Shown here in pieces: positions 1 through 9,654 of a stretch of DNA of 64,000 nucleotides. How positions within the stretch are numbered: the stretch's first letter is position 1; every line of letters starts with the position of its first letter. The stretch covers positions 384,001 through 448,000 of the forward strand of contig CBDCYI010000005.1 in NCBI GenBank assembly GCA_965224085.1, given 5' to 3'. The DNA is from Candidatus Marinacidobacterales bacterium (GTDB lineage: Bacteria > Acidobacteriota > Vicinamibacteria > Marinacidobacterales > SMYC01). The notes beneath the pieces are model-generated. The model did not search any database, was not told where the DNA came from, and was given only the letters and a program-made list of their open reading frames with translations. The position numbers and the translations under genes are program-made.

Positions 1-1
1 G

Positions 2-97
2 TCGTACGTTCTCGGCATCGTCCGAAGCACCCCGTTCCAGATGCGACGAATGGTAGAGCCCCGCGCCGCGACCGACGCTGCCGAGTTCCAGCAATAA
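2..97 (+). CDS. 3' end of DUF1592/DUF1588/DUF1585-type protein (partial, runs off window)
   Basis: Frame reads SYVLGIVRSTPFQMRR...QQ*, typical of the C-terminus of these proteins; lies directly upstream of a DUF1552 gene, the usual partner. Confidence 0.65.
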   Translation, partial: SYVLGIVRSTPFQMRRMVEPRAATDAAEFQQ

Positions 98-112
98 AGT
101 AGAGGCCAAACG

Positions 113-1486
113 ATGTTTATTACCAAGAAGCACATTTCGAGGCGCGCGGCCCTTCGCGGCCTCGGCGCTACGATGACGCTGCCTTTTCTCGACGCGATGG
201 TGCCCGCGCTCGCGGCCACGCGCAATAGCGCGGCCAATCCGCGCACGCGCTTCGTAGCACTCGAGATGGTGCACGGCTCTGCAGGCAGCACGGGGGATGG
301 GACGCGCAAGCACTACTGGTCGCCCGCCACAGTGGGCCGCCATTTCGAGACGACGCCCATCTTGCGCGCGCTCGCACCGCATCAGGACCACATTACGATC
401 GTGAGCCACACGGATATCGCGCCGGCCACTGCCCAGATCGAGGCCGAGGCCGGCGCCGACCATACACGCTCGTCCGCCGCGTGGCTGACCTGCGCCCACG
501 CCAAGATGACCGAAGGCGCCGACATCCACAACGGCATCTCGATGGACCAGCTCTATGCGCAGCAATTCGGCCAGGACACGCCGCTGCCGTCGATCCAGGT
601 CTGCGTCGAGGACGTCGGCTCGCTCACCGGCGCTTGCGGCTACGGCTATAGCTGCGTTTACGCGAACACGGTCTCTTGGGCGTCGCCGACGACGCCGCTC
701 CCGATGGAGCGCGATCCGCGCGTCGTCTTCGAGCGGCTTTTCGGCGACGGCGCTACGCCGGAAGAGCGGGTCAAGCGGCGCCAGACCAAAGCCAGCATCC
801 TCGATGGAATTCTCGACAAAGTGAACAAGCTCGAACGCGGCCTCGACGCCGCCGACCGTGCTCGGCTCGAGGACTACCTCGAAGACGTGCGCGAGATCGA
901 GCGCCGCATCGAGAGGGCCGAGACGCACAATGCCGTCAAGTCAACGACGGCGCTAGGGGCGAGCCCCATCGGCGTGCCGGATACGTGGGCGGAGCACGTC
1001 AAGCTGATGTTCGACCTCCAAATCCTTGCATTCCGAACCGACGCGACGCGGGTCTCCGCATTCAAGATGAGCCGCGACGTGAGCTCGCGTGTTTTCGCCG
1101 GAAGCGACGTGAAGACGCCGTTTCATTCTCTCTCGCACCACATGGACAAGCCGGACAAGCTCGCTGAATTCGCGCGGCTCAATGAGTTCCATGTGAATCA
1201 CGTCGCTGATTTCATCGACAAGATGAAGAACACACCGGACGGCGACGGCAGCTTGCTCGACCATTCGATGGTGCTCTATGGAAGCCCGATGGGCGATGGC
1301 AGCGTGCACAACCATTTGCGCGTCCCGCTCTTCATCGCGGGCCATGCCAATGACACGCTCGAGGGAAATCTTCACGTTCTCTGCGAGGACGGCACTCCCA
1401 TGGCGAATGTGCTCCTAACGCTTCTTCACAAGCTCGGAGTCGAGGTCGATCGCTTCGGCGACAGCAACGGCACGGTGGCGATTTGA
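113..1486 (+). CDS. DUF1552 domain protein with Tat-like signal
   Basis: MFITKKHISRRAALRGLGATMTLPFLDAMVPA leader; CGYGYSCVYANTVSW, PMERDPRVVFERLFG and GSLLDHSMVLYGS motifs. Confidence 0.85.
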   Translation: MFITKKHISRRAALRGLGATMTLPFLDAMVPALAATRNSAANPRTRFVALEMVHGSAGSTGDGTRKHYWSPATVGRHFETTPILRALAPHQDHITIVSHTDIAPATAQIEAEAGADHTRSSAAWLTCAHAKMTEGADIHNGISMDQLYAQQFGQDTPLPSIQVCVEDVGSLTGACGYGYSCVYANTVSWASPTTPLPMERDPRVVFERLFGDGATPEERVKRRQTKASILDGILDKVNKLERGLDAADRARLEDYLEDVREIERRIERAETHNAVKSTTALGASPIGVPDTWAEHVKLMFDLQILAFRTDATRVSAFKMSRDVSSRVFAGSDVKTPFHSLSHHMDKPDKLAEFARLNEFHVNHVADFIDKMKNTPDGDGSLLDHSMVLYGSPMGDGSVHNHLRVPLFIAGHANDTLEGNLHVLCEDGTPMANVLLTLLHKLGVEVDRFGDSNGTVAI

Positions 1487-3069
1487 TCGGAAAGGGACGA
1501 AAAATGCTGGGCGGGGAGCTCCTGAGCGTATCGATTCTGATGGCGATGGCGATGCTGGCATCCGCCGACGATACGGATACGTCCACGCGGCTCGCGGAGG
1601 AAGCCAAGAGCGGCCGTGTCGTGAACGTACATGCGCTCTTGCACGAATATGTCGACGTGAACGCCGCTCAGGGTGACGGGATGACCGCGCTCCACTGGGC
1701 CGCCTATAACGACGACGTCGAGATGGCGGAGCTTCTTCTCGGTGCGGATGCGAACTTCGAGGCACGCACGCGCGTGGGCGGCATTACGCCTCTCTTGCTC
1801 GCGAGTAAGAACGGAAGTGCTTCGATGCTCGAAGCGCTACTCGAAGCGGGCGCTAACGCCAACCACGCGAGCGAGACCGGCGCGTCGGCGCTGATGAGTG
1901 CCGCATTGACGGGGAACGTCGGGGCGGTCCAGGTGCTGCTCGATCACGAAGCGGACGTCAATGCCCGTGAGCGCGCCCATGGACAGACGCCGTTGATGTT
2001 TGCCGCGTGGGAGAACCGGCCGAAAATCATCCGAAGGCTCATCGCTCATGGCGCGCATCCAGAGCTCGCCTCGACGGTGCTGCCGCTCAACGAGCAGCAT
2101 TATGACGATAACGGCATGCCCCGCAAGCGCCGCGGCAGTCAGCAATCTGGCGGCAATTCTGCCATGGGCGGAATGACAGCGCTCTTGTTCGCCGCGCGCG
2201 ACGGCCACATGGAAGCCGTCGCGGCCCTTCTCGACGCCGGCGCCGACATCAACCGCGTGAGCGGCGGCGACGCGTCGAGTCCCATCGTTATCGCCATTGC
2301 GAATGGACACTACACGCTCGGGCAATATTTTCTCGACCGCGGCGCCGACCCGAACGTGGCGAATTTGGACGGGGTCGCGCCGCTCTACGCCACCGTCAAC
2401 ATGCGTTACGCCCCGGTCTCCTGGGCGCCCAATCCGCGGATCGACCAAGAGGTCGTCGATTCTCTCGAGTTGATGCAAGCGCTCCTCGAGGCGGGGGCGG
2501 ACCCGAACGCCCAGATCGCGCGCAAGCTCTGGTTCAGCCCAACCTCGCACGATCGCGGATGGATCGACCAAGCGGGCGCGACGCCGTTTTGGCGCGCGGC
2601 GATGTCGACCGACGTCGAAGCGATGAAAGTGCTCGTGGCCGCGGGCGCCGATCCGAGCTTGAAAACGGACGGAGGCGCGACGGCGCTCATGGTCGCGTCC
2701 GGCCTAGGCTGGATCGGCAATTTCAGCCAGAACCCGCCCGATTCGTGGGTGGAGGCTGTCGAATATTGTCTGAATCTCGAAAACGACATCAACGCCGTCG
2801 ACAAAGACGGCTTCACGGCCCTACACGGCGCCGCATCTCGCGGTGATAACGAGACCGTCCAGCTCCTCGTCGACCGGGGCGCACGGGTCGATATCGTCAA
2901 CGAGGACGGCAACTCGCCGGCGGATATGGCCTTCGGCCCGTCGCGCTTTTTCATCCCCAAGCCGGAGACGGTGGACCTGCTCATAGCACTCGGCGCGCCG
3001 TTTTTGGACAATTGCCGCTCGGACCAGTGCGTCGACGGGAAGTTCCTCGGGGGCGCGGTCGCCAAATAG
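1483..3069 (+). CDS. Secreted ankyrin-repeat protein
   Basis: Repeated G.TALH/TPL..AA..G motifs (DGMTALHWAA, GITPLLLAS, GQTPLMFAA, GFTALHGAA); hydrophobic N-terminus; start may be ATG 1504. Confidence 0.9.
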   Translation: MIGKGRKMLGGELLSVSILMAMAMLASADDTDTSTRLAEEAKSGRVVNVHALLHEYVDVNAAQGDGMTALHWAAYNDDVEMAELLLGADANFEARTRVGGITPLLLASKNGSASMLEALLEAGANANHASETGASALMSAALTGNVGAVQVLLDHEADVNARERAHGQTPLMFAAWENRPKIIRRLIAHGAHPELASTVLPLNEQHYDDNGMPRKRRGSQQSGGNSAMGGMTALLFAARDGHMEAVAALLDAGADINRVSGGDASSPIVIAIANGHYTLGQYFLDRGADPNVANLDGVAPLYATVNMRYAPVSWAPNPRIDQEVVDSLELMQALLEAGADPNAQIARKLWFSPTSHDRGWIDQAGATPFWRAAMSTDVEAMKVLVAAGADPSLKTDGGATALMVASGLGWIGNFSQNPPDSWVEAVEYCLNLENDINAVDKDGFTALHGAASRGDNETVQLLVDRGARVDIVNEDGNSPADMAFGPSRFFIPKPETVDLLIALGAPFLDNCRSDQCVDGKFLGGAVAK

Positions 3070-3265
3070 TCTCGAATCCCGCCCCAAACCCTTCCGAAGG
3101 CAATCGGAACCCTTTCCTAACCGCGGTCTAGCGTTAAGCTCGAGACTCCGTCCAGCGCACGACCGAAGTCACGCGCGTCTTGGCGCGCCTCGTTTGCTCA
3201 AGGGGGCTAATTTATCTATCCTTGCGACCCACATGATGAGCACGGCCAAGAAAAGGAGTAGGTCC

Positions 3266-4171
3266 ATGAAGCATTGGAGTATCGTTTTTCTCCTGGCGTC
3301 GTTGTGCTGTCAGCCTGCTGAAGAATCGGCGCCGACCCCGGCCGTCGAATTGGTGGGCTTTGCCAACCCGGACCTTCTCATCGAGACCGATTGGCTAGCA
3401 GAGCACACGGGTGATACGAGAGTCCGAATCGTGGACGCGCGGGCGGCCGAAGCCTACGAAGCGGGCCATATCCCGGGCGCCATCCACATCGCACGCGAAG
3501 ACACCTACGATCCCGACGCCGAGATCCGCGCCACCGTTGGTCCTCCCGAGCAGATCGCGTCTCTGTTCGGCGCCAAGGGCATCGACGAGTATGCACACGT
3601 CGTCGTGTACGACAAGGGCGTCGCAACCAGAGCAGCACGGATCTTCTGGACGCTCGAATATTACGGCCACCCCAACGTCTCGGTTCTGAACGGCGGCTTC
3701 GACAAGTGGCAGGCGGAAGCGCGCGACGTCACGACTGAAGTTCGAGAAGTCGCGCCCGTAACGCTCACGGTTCAGAGGAACGCGAGCGCGCTGACGACCA
3801 GGGATCGGATCCTCGGAGATCTCGACGCGACCGACGCCGTCATCTTGGACGTCCGAACGTCGGAGGAGTTCTCCGGCGAGGATGCGCGCGCCGAGAGGGG
3901 CGGCCACATTCCGGGTGCCGTTCACCTCGAGTGGACCGAGAACTACACGTCGGGCGAAGCGCCGATTCTCAAATCCGCGCTGGAGCTATCGAACATGTAC
4001 GAGCAGGCAGGCGTTACGAAGGACAAACGCGTCCATGCTTACTGACAGGGCGGAGGCCGGTCGTCGGTGACGTACCTCGTGCTTCGACTGTTGGGCTTTG
4101 AAGAGCCTTTGAACTATGACGCGTCCTGGCTGGAGTGGGGCAACGATCCGGATACACCGATAGAGAAGTAG
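3266..4171 (+). CDS. Tandem-domain rhodanese/sulfurtransferase, predicted selenoprotein (Sec at TGA 4043-4045), probable signal peptide/lipoprotein
   Basis: RBS aaggag before ATG 3266; GHIPGA twice; the frame continues past TGA as [22 protein letters not shown]...[19 protein letters not shown], which is the catalytic loop plus the rhodanese C-terminal signature. Confidence 0.88.
4046..4078 (+). promoter_or_regulatory. Putative bacterial SECIS element
   Basis: gag..gt-cgtc-GGT-gacg-t-ac-ctc hairpin; the G-starting apical loop begins 20 nt after the UGA. Confidence 0.65.
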
Positions 4172-4197
4172 GTCGCGTCAACAAGCCAAACGAGTGC

Positions 4198-4737
4198 TCA
4201 TCGCCCTAGGGCCATCCCCCCGAGCCCAAAGAAAGCGGCGAGCCAGAAAGCGACGAACAAATACGCGACGAAACCCACGAGGCAAACGACAACCGCTTTC
4301 CCCGTCGATTTGTAGTCGAGCGCTTGCCGAACGGCAACAACCGTCGCCACCAGCTGCCAGATCCATACGACGAAGCGCACCAGCCAGCCCAAGAGCGGGA
4401 CGATGCCAAGAATGTTCAAAATACCCGGTGAGGCGGCGAAGCCTATGGTTCGAAGAAGCTGCCCGAAGTCAGCTTTGGTCGATGGCTCCGGCAGGAGCTT
4501 CGTCCCGACGACGAAAATAATGCCTGCCCAAACGACCCAGCCGACGCCCGCAGCAATGAGCCCACCGACGAGACCCCTAGAGCCGCCGAAACCCGCGGAG
4601 CCAATCCCGGATGCGATGACCGACAGCGCGACGACGGCCATCGCTTGCGGTAGCGCGTTCTCATCGTGCTCAACTTCTTCATAAGTCTTGACGTTCAGCG
4701 TCGCGGCGCCGATCATCCTCTCTGTAAAGCTCGCCAT
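4198..4737 (-). CDS. Yip1-family membrane protein
   Basis: Five hydrophobic helices; YEEVEHD and LLRTIGFAASPG motifs; RBS ggag upstream. Confidence 0.8.
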   Translation of the reverse strand: MASFTERMIGAATLNVKTYEEVEHDENALPQAMAVVALSVIASGIGSAGFGGSRGLVGGLIAAGVGWVVWAGIIFVVGTKLLPEPSTKADFGQLLRTIGFAASPGILNILGIVPLLGWLVRFVVWIWQLVATVVAVRQALDYKSTGKAVVVCLVGFVAYLFVAFWLAAFFGLGGMALGR

Positions 4738-4867
4738 CGTACTCCCTCTCCTTCTCGACTAAAAGAGATATCCTCTTGAACTGGATTTGTGAGACGAGGG
4801 AGCGCGCCAGGGCCGTCTGACCCCACTAATAGGCAGGGATACCCGTGACATTTTGTCACGGACGCTG

Positions 4868-6790
4868 TCACGGACGCTGTCCCGTCACGTAAATCCGTTG
4901 GCGCGGTTTCACCTCTATGACTTGCTCGTGCCGCCCTCCATTGGGCCACTCGAAAACGAAGACGTGACGGCCGGCCGCAATAGCGAGACCGGCGATCGGA
5001 GGTGGCTCCGAAGAAATCCCGTTGATGCGCAAGGTGCATCGTTCGGGAAAGGCGCGGATCGAAGCGCTACCGAGCTCCGGTGCGTAGAGCCTCGTCGTCT
5101 GGCCTTGTTCGATCACGACCTCGAACTTCTAATTCAAGAAGACGTCCGGAGCCAAAAGCGTGACTTCGTGACGTCCAGGGCTGAAGGTCGCGACCGGATT
5201 GCGCGTCACTGCCGTAGGTGGCCCGTCGACGGAGCCGATCGAGACTGGGTACGGGCTTCGCGCCAAGAGCGTGCCCGAGATCGGGGCCTCCTCTTCTTCG
5301 GGTGCTGGCGGAGATGGTGGCGCTCCGCTCTCAGCGGGCGCTGCGACCGCGACCTCGCTTTCCGGTGCATCGCTCGCGATCTCTTCCTCCCCAATCTCAA
5401 TGGCCGCGTTGGCTTCCTCGGGCGGAGCCGATACCGGTTCCTCGGACGGGCTCGATGCGTCCTCCTCTTCGATGACGGCGACGGGTGCGCTTGTCTCGTC
5501 TTGTTTTGGCTCGGGCGGCGCCGATACTGATTCCTCGGGGGGGATCGGTGCTTTCAGCTCCTCGGCCACGGTGACGGCCGCATTGGGCTCCTCTTCATCT
5601 GGCTCGGGCGGCGCCGGCTGGCTCGGTATTCCCTCTTCGTCCGTTTCCGGCGGTGCCGAGCTCGCTTCGATCACCTGCTCTGGGATCTCCGGGACGGAAG
5701 CCGTCTCGGCAGAAGCGGCGCCCGGGGAGCCGGAGAGGACCTCTACCGTCGAAACGTCCGGACTGATTGCGCCAGCGGGCAGATAGGCCCGTCCGAGAAG
5801 TGCGGCCCCGATCAGTGCAAGCAAGACGATCGCCACCGCCGCGAGCCTTTTCGATCTCCCTCGTTTTGCAGGAGCGCTTTCGGCGTCGCCCCTGACGGTC
5901 GCGGTCATCGCCTCGCTCGACCCACCGGTCACCGCCACGGTACCTTGCGAGAGCGGAACGGAGCCGACCCTGTCCGAGCTCTCGGGCTCGGCTACGAGAA
6001 ACATTTTCAGCTCGTCCGCAATCTCGGCAGAGTGACGGGACTCTTCTTCCGGAGAGCGCCGGCGGTCTGTCTCCGCCCGGCCCAGCTCGCGGTGAGCCTC
6101 GCGTCGGATGCGCGCCGGAAGGACCAAATCGGGCCGGGCCGCCGACAATTTTTCGGCGAGCGGAAGGACTCGCATCCACTCTCCTTTTCGCTTCAGCTCC
6201 TCGAGACTCGCAAGCTCTCTTTGAAACGCGCGCTTCGGCCGCGGATAACTCTTGCGCACGACTTCGAGGACGGCGTCGAGCTCCCGACTCATCTCCCTGG
6301 CACTCACAAAGCGATCGGGTGTCTTTTTGGCGAGAGCGCGCGCCAGGATGTCCTGGACTTGCTCCGGAAGCTCGGGACGAGAGTCGAGAATCGGCGGCGG
6401 CTCCTCCCACACGATTTTGTAGAGCACGGCGCTCGCTTCGTCTCCGCTAAAGGGAACGCGGCGCGTCAGCATTTCGTACAAGATGCAGCCTGCGGAGAAG
6501 ACGTCCGTGCGGCCATCCAGGGGTTGTCCTTGCACCTGCTCCGGCGACATGTAATGCATCGTTCCCATCAGCACGCCGCTTTGAGTAATCTGAGGAGTGC
6601 CCGCCATTCGGGCAATGCCAAGGTCCATGATCTTCACGAGACCGTTGTCGAGGTAGCGTATGTTGGAAGGTTTCACGTCCCGATGGATGACGTCTCGTTG
6701 GTGCGCGAAGTCGAGTGCCCGGCAAATCTGAGAAACGACATCGAGCGCTTCGGCCAATGGAATCGCGGTGTCTTTTCGGATAACGGAAGT
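4868..6790 (-). pseudogene. Ser/Thr protein kinase, 3' part (subdomains V-XI, TM helix, Pro/Glu linker, PEGA-like tail), with in-frame TAG at 5129-5131
   Basis: IHRDVKPSN, KIMDLGIA, GTMHYMSPEQ, DVFSAG; reads PDVFLN*KFEVVIEQGQ in the same frame as ORF 4868..5116. Confidence 0.88.
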
Positions 6791-6870
6791 TGAACTAAGC
6801 CGCTCGCGCGGCGGCGGGACCTGCAAGCTCTCCCGAACTGGTGAGCCAAACTGGGGGCATTTTGCCTGCG

Positions 6871-7040
6871 CCTGAAGGAGGCTTTTCGCCGCAGCCCATC
6901 GCCCTTCCAGGGAATCACGGCGCGCAGGTCGTGTCAAGGGTTTCGCGCGCTTCGCGCGCCGGCTGCGCCGCCCTGGACACGACCTGCGCGCCGTGATGCG
7001 AGTCACTATGGGCGATGGGCGGACGGGTGCCTCCGGCAGG
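6871..7040. repeat. Long nested inverted repeat in the element leader
   Basis: Perfect 22-bp arms 6914-6935 / 6976-6997; outer arms gcccatcgccc 6894-6904 / 7010-7020 and imperfect arms 6871-6882 / 7029-7040. Confidence 0.9.
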
Positions 7041-7298
7041 GGCTCCGGACTCCGGGTTTTGCACGGCAAGCCAGCCGCGGTGAACTCACTCGCCTCTAAC
7101 CCGTTTCCCTTGTTTTTCCGGGCCACGGGAGCCAGAAGGGATTAAGGAGGACGGCTTCGCCGTCGTCTTCATTCGTTCGATCTTCGCTCCGGACAACGAG
7201 TCCTGCGTTTCTCGGAACCGCTCTCTCACACATGGCATCATCCCTGTCCCCCGCGGGCGGCGATGGTCGTCGTCTGCTAAATCACTGGAGGAATAATC

Positions 7299-8159
7299 AT
7301 GGGATGCCTTAGCGAAAAAATGCTTGCCGACATGAAACTGAAGGGGTTCGCACGCTCCACGCAGGAGGAGTATCTGCTGCGAGCGCGCCATTTCGCGGCA
7401 CATTACATGCGCTCACCCGCCGAGATGGGCGAGCCGGAGACCCGCGATTATCTGATTCATCTCGTTAACGAGAAGAAGGCCTCTCCGGCCAGCCACCACA
7501 TGTACGTCGCCTCTCTCAAGTTTCTCTACGCAACCACACTCAACCGCCCGGAGGAGGTGGCGAAGATTCCTTGGCCCAAGAAACCTCGCACGTTACCCGA
7601 TATCTTGAGCGGCGAGGAGGTCGATTGTTTGCTTCACTCCGTTAACTCCGTCAAACACCGCGCGATTCTCATGAGCGCCTACGGCGCCGGGCTGCGCGTT
7701 TCCGAGGTGTGCTGTCTGAAGCACTCCGACATCGACTCCAAACGCATGCTCTTGCACATTCGTCACGCCAAGAACTCCAAGGCCCGCTATGTCACGCTCA
7801 GCGAACGTTTGTTGAGCTTCCTGCGCTACTACTGGAAAACCACTCGCCCTCGCGGAGAGTACTTGTTTCCCGGCCGTAATCCTGGTGCCCACATCTCAGA
7901 CGATGGCGTTCGCTGGGCTCTTCGTAAGGCCGTGGCTGAGGCGGGGCTCACCAAACGTATCACTCCTCATTCGCTGCGCCACGGTTTTGCCACACATATG
8001 CTCGAACTGGGTGAAGACATTCGTACCGTGCAGCAACTGCTCGGTCATGCCTCCATCCAGACCACGGCCCGTTACACAAAGGTAACAGCAAAGCACTTGG
8101 GGCGCATCAAGAGCCCTCTCGATTTGCTGGGAACGAAGAAGGGCAAAAAGCTCGGCTAG
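7299..8159 (+). CDS. Tyrosine recombinase/integrase (N-terminal SAM-like domain)
   Basis: YGAGLRVSE (R), HSLRHGFATH (H-x-x-R), LLGHASIQTTARY (H/Y); RBS ggagga. Confidence 0.95.
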   Translation: MGCLSEKMLADMKLKGFARSTQEEYLLRARHFAAHYMRSPAEMGEPETRDYLIHLVNEKKASPASHHMYVASLKFLYATTLNRPEEVAKIPWPKKPRTLPDILSGEEVDCLLHSVNSVKHRAILMSAYGAGLRVSEVCCLKHSDIDSKRMLLHIRHAKNSKARYVTLSERLLSFLRYYWKTTRPRGEYLFPGRNPGAHISDDGVRWALRKAVAEAGLTKRITPHSLRHGFATHMLELGEDIRTVQQLLGHASIQTTARYTKVTAKHLGRIKSPLDLLGTKKGKKLG

Positions 8160-8165
8160 CTCATC

Positions 8166-9413
8166 ATGCAGCCCCATGGGCTGTGTCCTTCCCGCGTCGA
8201 GTCACCACCACGGCCACTGCTCGAGATCGCGGAAATCTTCCGCGAACATGGTCCACGCTTTCGCCAAACCCATGCGCTGACAGCCGAGCAGCGCAAGGTG
8301 ATGTGGGCTATAGAGAACTGTCGCACGGCGGTGCTAGGTGGCCATCTCGACGTGTGTAACGCTTGCGGATACGCGGCGCCTTCGTTTAACTCGTGCCGCA
8401 ATCGGCACTGTCCCAAGTGTCAGAGCCTAGCCCAGGCGAAGTGGATGGAGCAGCGAGCTCAGAGGATTCTTCCGACTCACTATTTCCACGTCGTTTTCAC
8501 CCTCCCGCAGCAACTCAAGCCTCTCGCCCGAGACAATCCCAAGTTCATGTTCAACCTCCTGTTTCGCGCCGCCTCGCGAACTCTATTGGAGTTCGGCCAA
8601 AGCCGGCTCGAAGCTCAACTTGCCTTCACCGCCGTACTGCACACCTGGACCCGGAAGCTCCTGTTCCATCCACACCTGCATTGCATCGTCTCCGGGGGCG
8701 GGCTCAACCACCCTCAGCAGCTGTGGAACGCCGCAAACCCTCGCTTTCTGTTTCCCGTCAAGGCCATGTCGCGGCTTTTTCGCAGCAAGTTTCTCGATGC
8801 CCTTAGGCTCGCTTACGACCAAGATGAGCTTGAGTTGAGCGCAAACGCTTCCCACCTCAGAAACCCACCTCGCTTCCGGGAGCTGAAAGACAAGCTCTAC
8901 CGCATCGATTGGGTCGTTTACAGCAAACGACCCTTCGGTGGCCCAGAGCAGGTTTTCAACTACCTCGGCCGATATACCCACCGGGTCGGCATCTCCAACC
9001 GCCGACTCATTCGCATCGACCACTACGGCGTCTGCTTCGCCACCAAGAATGGTAATACCGTTACCGTCCCCCCAGAGGAATTTATCCGCCGTTTCCTCCT
9101 GCACGTACTGCCGAAAGGTTTCGTCAAGATTCGCCATTTCGGCTTAATGGCCTCCTCCAATGCGACCACCAAGCTCGTAGTCGCGCGCCAGTTGCTCGAT
9201 GAGAAAACAAAACCCACGACCGACGCCGACGACGTGCAAGTCAGCTCGCGTGCCACCGAGGACAAGGACTGGCGCGAGCGGCTCAAGGAGCTCACCGGCA
9301 TCGACCTCACCATCTGTCCCCGCTGCAAGAAAGGTCGCATGCTCCGATGCCCTCTCTCCACGAAGCTTCGACGGATCAACCTCCAGATCCGCTCCCCTCC
9401 AGATGAGTCATGA
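8166..9413 (+). CDS. IS91-family (Y2, HUH) transposase with Zn-binding domain
   Basis: CRTAVLGGH, NSCRNRHCPKC, FHVVFTLP, LHTW...HPHLHCIV (HUH), YLGRYTHR (Y2), EFIRRFLLHVLPKGF. Confidence 0.95.
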   Translation: MQPHGLCPSRVESPPRPLLEIAEIFREHGPRFRQTHALTAEQRKVMWAIENCRTAVLGGHLDVCNACGYAAPSFNSCRNRHCPKCQSLAQAKWMEQRAQRILPTHYFHVVFTLPQQLKPLARDNPKFMFNLLFRAASRTLLEFGQSRLEAQLAFTAVLHTWTRKLLFHPHLHCIVSGGGLNHPQQLWNAANPRFLFPVKAMSRLFRSKFLDALRLAYDQDELELSANASHLRNPPRFRELKDKLYRIDWVVYSKRPFGGPEQVFNYLGRYTHRVGISNRRLIRIDHYGVCFATKNGNTVTVPPEEFIRRFLLHVLPKGFVKIRHFGLMASSNATTKLVVARQLLDEKTKPTTDADDVQVSSRATEDKDWRERLKELTGIDLTICPRCKKGRMLRCPLSTKLRRINLQIRSPPDES

Positions 9414-9654
9414 TCACGATGCTTTCGCTCCGCCTCTCACAACGCCGACCGGTCGTTGAAACGGACTCGTGTGTCTCGTCGCGAACTCATAACGCTACCG
9501 TGGTGGTTACCGCACCGGGTAGGCCCTTCTTCTATCTTCCCCGCCATATCTCTGTCGATTCGCAACTCCCTGACGTCCAACTCCGACTTCCTGTCCGACC
9601 GTCTTCTCACTCCAATTTATGCATAGTTGCCGCTAGCTGGGCGGCTTAGTTCAA

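Noticed and set aside
3106-3130. ECF promoter GGAACC...GTCTA upstream of the rhodanese
   Set aside because: Spacer is only 14 nt; too weak to call.
6791-7126. N-terminal ~110 aa of ORF 5129..7126
   Set aside because: Read-through into the element's non-coding leader; the real kinase N-terminus is at 9741-10037.
7299-8159. Integron integrase, XerC/D or prophage integrase
   Set aside because: Short, with no IntI-specific insertion evident, no cassette array or phage genes, and coupled to the Y2 transposase.
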